Below are positions 1-6,900 of a DNA stretch of 64,000 bases, piece by piece (within the stretch, counting starts at the first letter, position 1; each line of letters starts with the position of its first letter). A model generated the notes under the pieces. It was not told where the DNA came from. It did no database searches and saw nothing but the letters and a program-made list of their open reading frames with translations. The DNA comes from Azolla caroliniana (lineage: Eukaryota; Plantae; Polypodiophyta), in contig JBHGNT010000156.1 in the NCBI GenBank assembly GCA_043228905.1, forward strand, positions 1 through 64,000, written 5' to 3'. The position numbers were made by a program, and so were the translations under genes.

Positions 1-1
1 C

Positions 2-1579
2 TAGAATTGGAGCTGATGTGAACGCCTTCTTAAGACTCTCGAAAGCCATGTCCGTTTCTTTAGACCAGATAAATGATTGTCCTTTCCTGGTGAGCTGTGT
101 GAGAGGCAGAACTATTTTTGAGTAGTCTTGTATGAACTTTCGGTAAAAATTTGCAAAGCCTAGGAAGCACTGCACATCCCGCACCGAACGCGGAGTTTGC
201 CATTCTACCACCGTTTTGACCTTAGCTGGGTCCATAGAGATGCCTTCTGAGGAGATGACATATCCGAGAAATTCCACCTGGTTGCACCCGAAACTACATT
301 TCTCTAGCTTTGCATATAGCCTATGTTCTCGAAGTCGTTTTAGTACTAATAGTACATGAGAATCATGTTCTTCTTGGGTCTTTGAATAAACCAGTAGATC
401 ATCTAAATAGATGATCAGAAAATCATCCAATAGATCTCGAAATATATCATTCGCCATGTGCTGAAAGACTGCTGGCGCATTAGTGAGTCCGAACGGCATG
501 ACCGTATACTCGAAGTGCCCATATCTGGTGCGAAACGCGGTCTTCCATTCATCTCCTGGTCGGATTCGTACGAGGTTATAGGCTCCTCGTAAATCGATCT
601 TCGTGAAGAACCTGGCACCATTGATTCGTTCTAAAAGACTTGAGATAAGGGGAAGAGCATACCTATTTCTTATTGTAACCTTATTCAAGCCACGGTAATC
701 TACAACAAGTCGAAGCGAGCCATCTTTTTTCTTGACGAAGAAAATGGGTGCGCCGGCTGGAGATTTCGAATGCCGAATGAAACCGTTCTCCAAATTCTCC
801 TCTATATAGGCTCGAAGGACTTCTAGCTCGGTTGGTGACAAATTGTAGATCGGCCCCCATGGCGGCTCTTTTCCCGGTTGTAAGTCGATGGCGCAATCGT
901 ACGGCCGATGATGAGGAAGTGTGTTGGCTTGTACTTTATCGAACACATCAGCGTACTGACGATACTTCTCGGGGAGTTGAACAGTACTGTCTTCTTTAGT
1001 GGTGATGGAGGGGTTTACTGATATTGCGAAAAGGAACATCTCCTCCTTGCGCCCTTCTTCACGCAACTGATGTAGCGAAATGGTTGGCATTGTCTTTTGG
1101 GTTTGTCGACACCGGATTGCCCTTGTTCTCCAATCTATGTTTGGATTGTGTAATTCGAACCATGGTAATCCTAAAACTATGGGATGTTCTGGGATACTAA
1201 TAATATTAAACGACACTACACATGCTAAGTTATCTAGGACAATATTAACAGGTTCTGACTCTTCTATGATATTCCCAGAAGCAATGGGACGACCATCAAT
1301 GACTACTACTGAGGCTGGACACGGGAGCTTACTGAGGGATATCTGATGGGCTTGGGCAAAATTCCTATCCATAAAACAAGAATTAGCTCCGGAATCTAGA
1401 AGTGCTAAGGTATGTACTGGAGGGGTACTTTTAGTACTAACTGCTACTTGGGCTACGAACACATCACTAACTTGCTTAGAGGGAATGGAACCACTAATGG
1501 GCTGCACAGATCTAGGGCTGTCCAACCAAATGGCTCCTATTTTGGCTGGACTTAATAGTTTAACTCTTCTTCTAACTGA
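2..1579 (-). CDS. pol: Pol polyprotein (aspartic protease + reverse transcriptase + connection region), partial, no own start, in the -1 frame relative to gag
   Basis: Manual translation is open from after TAG (1582-1580) to the window edge. Protease: ALLDSGANSCFMD (~1370-1405) and IVLGLPWFELHNPNIDW. RT: LPHHRPYDCAIDL, SKSPAGAPIFFVKKKDGSLRLVVDYRGLN, KIDLRGAYNLVRI, TAFRTRYGHFEYTVMPFGLTNAPAVFQ, YLDD (398-409), VEFLGYVIS, FLGFANFYRKFI, AFESLKKAFTSAPIL. Confidence 0.96.
1520..1564 (-). promoter_or_regulatory. Putative -1 programmed ribosomal frameshift signal (G_UUA_AAC slippery heptamer, 6-nt spacer, stem-loop)
   Basis: Heptamer at 1564-1558 in gag phase (GAG UUA AAC UAU UAA). Spacer UAUUAA. 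GUCCAGCCAAA (1551-1541) pairs with UUUGGUUGGAC (1530-1520): 11 bp, one G-U, 10-nt loop. The gag/pol overlap is only 1552-1579. Confidence 0.8.
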
Positions 1580-2742
1580 CTAAGGACATCAAATTTGTTG
1601 ACTAAATTTGGACTATAAGTACTATTAGAACTTTCATGCATACCTAGGGAAGTAGACTCAGTTTTAGCATTATTAAGACTATCAGACACACCTAGGGAAA
1701 CAGACTCGGGTTTAGTACTATTAGTACAGGCAATTATTTGGTTTACCTGTCTTTTTGGTCTATTGGGACAGTTTACTGCAATATGCCCTGGTCCCCCGCA
1801 ATACAAACATAGTCGATGTGCCCTGCGTCGCTGCTTTTCTTCTTCCGATAGTGGTCCGCGACGACGTGTGGTGTCGATCTCCATTGGAGTCGGAGTATTC
1901 GTTGGAGATGTACTGAAGGACTCCCTTGAAAAAGGCTTTGCTACGATTGAAGCATAGGTAGGCTCCGATCTTGTCCTTGGCATTTGGAACTGACGTTCCG
2001 AGCGTCGTTCGAAGAGGCGGTTATCGCATCGCACCGCACGACTGATTGCTTCGGTCAATGATTTTGGCTCTTCGGGGAAAGTTAAGAGTAGATCTTTAAC
2101 ATCATTCCGTAGGCCAAAGCGAAATTGTTCCATCAATGCCTGGTCATCCCAGGGAATATCGCTGGCAAGAAGACGGAAGTCCGCAGCATAAGCTGAGGCC
2201 GGCCGCTCACCTTGGCGCAATCTCCGGATTTTGTTGATGGCGGTTCTGACACTGTCAGTATCTCCGAAACAGGATTTAAACTCGCTCATAAACTCTTCAA
2301 AATTATTTAACATGGGAGAGTTTTTCTCTAACAGAGGGGCGAACCATGCCAAAGCCGTGCCACTAAGTAGAGTGCCAACTAGTCCCACTCGGGATGCATC
2401 GGTGGGATATCGAGAAGGATGCATTTGGATCACTAGACGTACCTGGTTGAGGAATCCTCTAAACTGTGATCTGGTCCCATCAAATTTTGTAGGGAGACCG
2501 ATCTTGGGTTCTCTGTGAATCCCTTGATTACCTGATCCTTGTTGTTGGAGTGATATAATGGTCGCTTCGAGTTGTTGTACCCGTAGCGTCAGCTCCCCAT
2601 GTTGTTGCTGTTTTTCCAGCGCCGTTTGTTGAAGATCCCCCAACAGGCGGTGATTTTCTTGTTCAAGCGCTAAAAATTTCTCTTTTAAGGACTGGAGCTC
2701 CGAGAAAACAGATTGGTATTCTTGAGCGCTAACAGTTTCCAT
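1552..2742 (-). CDS. gag: Gag polyprotein (396 aa): N-terminal coiled coil, retrotransposon capsid domain, CCHC zinc knuckle
   Basis: EPKIGLPTKFDGTRSQFRGFLNQ, LRQGERPASAYAADF, FRFGLRNDVKD, PMEID, CLYCGGPGHIAVNC (C-X2-C-X4-H-X4-C). Start context AAAATGG. Resembles sushi/PEG10-type Gag. Confidence 0.96.
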   Translation of the reverse strand: METVSAQEYQSVFSELQSLKEKFLALEQENHRLLGDLQQTALEKQQQHGELTLRVQQLEATIISLQQQGSGNQGIHREPKIGLPTKFDGTRSQFRGFLNQVRLVIQMHPSRYPTDASRVGLVGTLLSGTALAWFAPLLEKNSPMLNNFEEFMSEFKSCFGDTDSVRTAINKIRRLRQGERPASAYAADFRLLASDIPWDDQALMEQFRFGLRNDVKDLLLTFPEEPKSLTEAISRAVRCDNRLFERRSERQFQMPRTRSEPTYASIVAKPFSRESFSTSPTNTPTPMEIDTTRRRGPLSEEEKQRRRAHRLCLYCGGPGHIAVNCPNRPKRQVNQIIACTNSTKPESVSLGVSDSLNNAKTESTSLGMHESSNSTYSPNLVNKFDVLSQLEEELNY

Positions 2743-2824
2743 TTTGATAGGGAGAATAAGGGTATTAGTATGAAGAGAAGGAGGATAAAAGGGAAGGAAG
2801 AGGGAGAGAAAGACCAGATGGAGA

Positions 2825-2836
2825 AAATCGGTTCAA
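2825..2836 (-). promoter_or_regulatory. Primer-binding site of self-priming type (not tRNA-complementary)
   Basis: Minus-strand TTGAACCGATTT begins 2 nt after the LTR-terminal CA. It lacks the TGG needed to pair with tRNA CCA and is the exact reverse complement of minus-strand 3087-3076. Confidence 0.85.
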
Positions 2837-2860
2837 ACTGTCAGGAACGCTACCTAGGCG

Positions 2861-2936
2861 GAGAAGGAATTAGTACTAAAAGAAGGATTAGTACAATTGT
2901 TGAGAACAGTACTAAGACAGAGAAGGATTAGTACTA
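2861..2936. repeat. Three copies of AGAAGGA(A)TTAGTAC plus one further AGTACT in the U5 region
   Basis: Copies start near 2862, 2881 and 2921; extra CAGTACTA at 2907-2914. Confidence 0.75.
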
Positions 2937-2970
2937 TGAGAGGTGTAGAACGTTGAGAGAAGGAACGAGT

Positions 2971-3002
2971 GAGAGGGAGAGAGAGAGAGAAAGAGAGAGA
3001 GA
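2971..3002. repeat. (GA)n/(CT)n microsatellite in the transcribed part of the LTR
   Basis: GAGAGGGAGAGAGAGAGAGAAAGAGAGAGAGA read directly; a pyrimidine tract on the element's sense strand. Confidence 0.9.
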
Positions 3003-3075
3003 ATGATGATACGAAGGATATATGTATTAGGTGAAGGAAAATATACAATAACAGCTAGAAGGCTTAAGACTGGCG

Positions 3076-3087
3076 TTGAACCGATTT
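3076..3087 (-). promoter_or_regulatory. Predicted transcription start (3087) and 5' self-primer sequence AAAUCGGUUCAA
   Basis: 3087 is 33 nt downstream of the first T of the TATA box and sits at a C/A (YR) initiator dinucleotide. The 12-mer is exactly complementary to the PBS. Confidence 0.75.
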
Positions 3088-3113
3088 GGTTCGAACTAAT
3101 GCCTTGCGCCTCC

Positions 3114-3120
3114 TTTTATA
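3114..3120 (-). promoter_or_regulatory. TATA box of the LTR promoter
   Basis: Minus-strand cTATAAAAgg, correctly spaced from the predicted start site. Confidence 0.85.
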
Positions 3121-3124
3121 GTGT

Positions 3125-3179
3125 CTTCAGGAATACTCCTGAAGTTTCTAGAATGTTCCAGAGAAATCTGGAATATACA
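3125..3179. promoter_or_regulatory. Heat-shock element array (11 alternating nTTCn/nGAAn pentamers)
   Basis: cTTCa gGAAt aCTCc tGAAg tTTCt aGAAt gTTCc aGAGa aATCt gGAAt aTACa: 7 perfect and 4 single-mismatch units in unbroken register, including 4 consecutive perfect units (3140-3159). Confidence 0.85.
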
Positions 3180-3246
3180 TCCATTTCCTAATAAAATATA
3201 AATGAAAATAATATACTTCGAATTACAATGTATAATATAACGGTAA

Positions 3247-3286
3247 AGACTCGACCCATGTAACAACAGGTTATGGGTTCGAGTCT
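3247..3286. other. Imperfect inverted repeat near the U3 end of the LTR
   Basis: AGACTCGA-CCCA-TG-TAAC ... GTTA-TGGG-T-TCGAGTCT. Confidence 0.7.
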
Positions 3287-3296
3287 AGTTATGACA

Positions 3297-3301
3297 AGGG
3301 C
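3297..3301 (+). other. Candidate 5-bp target-site duplication AGGGC
   Basis: First bases after the LTR end, in register with the satellite consensus ttactca-AGGGC-tgc. The second copy cannot be seen in this window. Confidence 0.5.
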
Positions 3302-3909
3302 TGCTCTCAACTCACTACTCATGTTTGCTAATTTCGTCATGTCTCTCCACCTGAGTTTCAAAATCTTGATTTTTGAATTCCATATCATAGCTAGGGTTGT
3401 TAGCTTCGATTCGCATGTTTGAACACAAAAATCCGATATCACAGGAGCCAGGTATGAACATTTTAATTTACGCAAGGGCTCCTCTCAACTCACTCCTCAA
3501 ATTTGGTAATTTCATCATGTCTCTCGACCTGAGTTTAAAAATCTTGATTTATAAATTCCATATCATAGCTAGCGTTGTTAGCTTCGATTCGCATGTTTGA
3601 ACACAAAAATCCGATATCACACGAGCCAGGTATGAACATTTTAATTTACTCAAGCGCTCCTCTCAACTCACTACTCATGTTTGCTAATTTCGTCATGTCT
3701 CTCGACCTGAGTTTCAAAATCTTGATTTTTGAATTCCATATCATAGCTAGCGTTGTTAGCTTCGATTCGCATGTTTGAACACAAAAATCCGATATCACAC
3801 GAGCCAGGTATGAACATTTTAATTTACTCAAGGGCTGCTCTCAACTCACTCCTCAAATTTTGTAATTTCGTCATGTATCTCGACCTGAGTTTAAAAATCT
3901 TGATAAATT

Positions 3910-6900
3910 AATTCCATATCATAGCTAGCGTTGTTAGCTTCGATTCGCATGTTTGGACACAAAAATCCGATATTACACGAGCCAGGTATGAACATTTTAA
4001 TTTACTCAAGGGCTCCTCTCAACTCACTACTCATGTTTGGTAATTTCATCAGGTCTCTCGACCTGAGTTTCAAAATCTTGATTTATTAATTCCATATCAT
4101 AGCTAGCGTTGGTAGCTTCGATTCGCATGTTTGAACACAAAAATCCGATATCACACGAGCCAGGTATGAACATTTTAATTTACTCAAGGGTTCCTCTCAA
4201 CTCACTCCTCAAATTTGGTAATTTCATCATGTCTCTCGACCTGAGTTTAAAAATCTTGATTTATAAATTCCATATCATAGCTAGCGTTGTTAGCTTCGAT
4301 TCGCATGTTTGAACACAAAAATCCGATATCACACGAGCCAGGTATGAACATTTTAATTTACTCAAGGGCTCCTCTCAACTCACTGCTCAAATTTGGTAAT
4401 TTCGTCATGTCTCTCGACCTGAGTTTCAAAATCTTGATTTTTGAATTCCATATCATAGCTAGCGTTGTTAGCTTCGATTCCCATGTTTGAACACAAAAAT
4501 CCGATATCACACGAGCCAGGTATGAACATTTTAATTTACTCACGGGCTCCTCTCAACTCACTCCTCAAATTTGGTAATTTCGTCATGTCTCTCGACCTGA
4601 GTTTCAAAATCTTGATTTTTGAATTCCATATCATAGCTAGCGTTGTTAGCTTCGATTCGCATGTTTGAACACAAAAATCCGATATCACACGAGCCAGGTA
4701 TGAACATTTTAATTTACTCAAGGGCTCCTCTCAACTCACTACTCATGTTTGCTAATTTCGTCATGTCTCTCGACCTGAATTTCAAAATCTTGATTTATTA
4801 ATTCCATATCATAGCTAGCGTTGTTAGCTTCGATTCGCATGTTTGAACACAAAAATCCGATATCACACGAGCCAGGTATGAACATTTTAATTTACTCAAG
4901 CGCTCCTCTCAACTCACTACTCATGTTTGCTAATTTCGTCATGTCTCTCGACCTGAGTTTCAAAATCTTGATTTTTGAATTCCATATCATAGCTAGCGTT
5001 GTTAGCTTCGATTCGCATGTTTGAACACAAAAATCCGATATCACACGAGCCAGGTATGAACATTTTAATTTACTCAAGGGCTGCTCTCAACTCACTCCTC
5101 AAATTTTGTAATTTCGTCATGTATCTCGACCTGAGTTTAAAAATCTTGATAAATTAATTCCATATCATAGCTAGCGTTGTTAGCTTCGATTCGCATGTTT
5201 GGACACAAAAATCCGATATTACACGAGCCAGGTATGAACATTTTAATTTACTCAAGGGCTCCTCTCAACTCACTACTCATGTTTGGTAATTTCATCAGGT
5301 CTCTCGACCTGAGTTTCAAAATCTTGATTTATTAATTCCATATCATAGCTAGCGTTGGTAGCTTTGATTCGCATGTTTGAACACAAAAATCCGATATCAC
5401 ACGAGCCAGGTATGAACATTTTAATTTACTCAAGGGTTCCTCTCAACTCACTCCTCAAATTTGGTAATTTCATCATGTCTCTCGACCTGAGTTTAAAAAT
5501 CTTGATTTATTAATTCCATATCATAGCTAGCGTTGTTAGCTTCGATTCGCATGTTTGAACACAAAAATCCGATATCACACGAGCCAGGTAGGAACATTTT
5601 AATTTACTCAAGGGCTCCTCTCAACTCACTACTCCTGTTTGCTAATTTCGTCATGTCTCTCGACCTGAGTTTCAAAATCTTGATTTTTGAATTCCATATC
5701 ATAGCTAGCGTTGTTAGCTTCGATTCGCATGTTTGAACACAAAAATCCGATATCACACGAGCCAGGTATGAACATTTTAATTTACATACGAGCTCTTCTC
5801 AACTCACTCCTCAAATTTGGTAATTTCGTCATGTCTCTCGACCTGAGTTTCAAAATCTTGATTTTTTAATTCCATATCATAGCTAGCGTTGTTAGCTTTG
5901 ATTCGCATGTTTGAACACAAAAATCGGATATCACACGAGCTAGGTATGAACATTTTAATTTACTCAAGCGCTCCTCTCAACTCACTCCTCAAATTTGGTA
6001 ATTTCGTCATGTGTCTCGACCTGAGTTTCAAAATCTTGAGTTTTTAATTCAATATCATAGCTAGCGTTGTTAGCTTCGATTCGCAAGTTTGAACACAAAA
6101 ATCCGATATGACACGAGCCAGGTATGAACATTTTAATTTACTCACGGGCTCCTCTCAACTCACTCCTCAAATTTGGTAATTTCGTCATGTCTCTCGACCT
6201 GAGTTTCAAAATCTTGATTTTTGAATTCCATATCATAGCTAGCGTTGTTAGCTTCGATTCGCATGTTTGAACACAAAAATCCGATATCACACGAGCCAGG
6301 TATGAACATTTTAATTTACTCAAGGGCTCCTCTCAACTCACTACTCATGTTTGCTAATTTCGTCATGTCTCTCGACCTGAATTTCAAAATCTTGATTTTT
6401 GAATTCCATATCATAGCTAGCGTTGTTAGCTTCGATTCGCATGTTTGAACACAAAAATCCGATATCACACGAGCCAGGTATGAACATTTTAATTTACTCA
6501 AGGGCTCTTCTCAACTCACTACTCATGTTTGCTAATTTCGTCATGTCTCTCGACCTGAGTTTCAAAATCTTGATTTTTGAATTCCATATCATAGCTAGGG
6601 TTGTTATCTTCGATTCGCATGTTTGGACACAAAAATCCGATATCACAGGAGCCAGGTATGAACATTTTAATTTACGCAAGGGCTGCTCTCAACTCACTCC
6701 TCAAATTTGGTAATTTCATCAGGTCTCTCGACCTGAGTTTCAAAATCTTGATTTTTTAATTCCATATCATAGCTAGCGTTGTTAGCTTCGATTCGCATGT
6801 TTGAACACAAAAATCCGATATCACACGAGCCAGGTATGAACATTTTAATTTACATACGAGCTCTTCTCAACTCACTCCTCAAATTTGGTAATTTCGTCAT

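Larger units (their letters stand above)
1..3296 (-). mobile_element. Ty3/gypsy LTR retrotransposon (chromovirus Tf1/sushi/Tcn1-like), 5' portion; continues beyond the left window edge
   Basis: Order on the minus strand is LTR, PBS, gag, protease, RT. RT follows protease directly (gypsy order). No stops or frame breaks in my manual translation. The clade call rests on recalled motif similarity plus the self-priming PBS; integrase and chromodomain lie outside the window. Confidence 0.95.
2839..3296 (-). repeat. 5' long terminal repeat (458 bp)
   Basis: Minus strand starts TGTCATAAC at the abrupt satellite junction (3296) and ends GTTCCTGACA (2839): TG...CA ends with a TGTCA/TGACA inverted repeat. 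It contains a TATA box and is followed by the PBS. The partner LTR is outside the window. Confidence 0.88.

Noticed and set aside
415-1346. Short ORFs 415-621, 681-896 (-) and 1080-1346 (+)
   Set aside because: Alternative-frame or antisense shadows of the continuous pol frame.
1552-2742. Domesticated gag gene (PEG10/RTL-like)
   Set aside because: It sits in a complete retroelement context, with LTR, PBS and an intact RT, inserted in satellite DNA.
2821-2838. Similarity of the PBS region (GTTTGAAC, AAAATCGG) to satellite words, suggesting satellite RNA priming or an LTR origin of the satellite
   Set aside because: Only 8-nt matches that are not collinear. The perfect 12-nt match inside the LTR explains the PBS better, and I see no extended LTR-satellite homology.
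3125-3173. Hairpins CTTCAGGA/TCCTGAAG and TTCCAGA/TCTGGAA as terminators
   Set aside because: They are by-products of the alternating nGAAn/nTTCn HSE array upstream of the TATA box, not transcribed terminators.
1763-3191. Short ORFs antisense to gag or within the LTR (1763-1957, 2231-2518, 2713-2931, 2854-3048, 3003-3191)
   Set aside because: No domain signal; they overlap gag, the purine-rich leader, the GA microsatellite and promoter elements.
3330-3420. CENP-B box-like motif (TTCG-containing words)
   Set aside because: TTTCGTCATG and CTTCGATTCG lack the downstream A..CGGG positions of the YTTCGTTGGAARCGGGA box.
3297-3474. Identity with Arabidopsis CEN178/CEN180 because of the same length
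   Set aside because: The sequence does not resemble the CEN178 consensus as I recall it, and the flanking element is not ATHILA-like. Equal length is best read as convergence; BLAST is needed to be definitive.
3297-3474. 5S rRNA, tRNA or snRNA tandem gene array
   Set aside because: No recognisable 5S or tRNA sequence, pol III A/B/C boxes or cloverleaf in the monomer.
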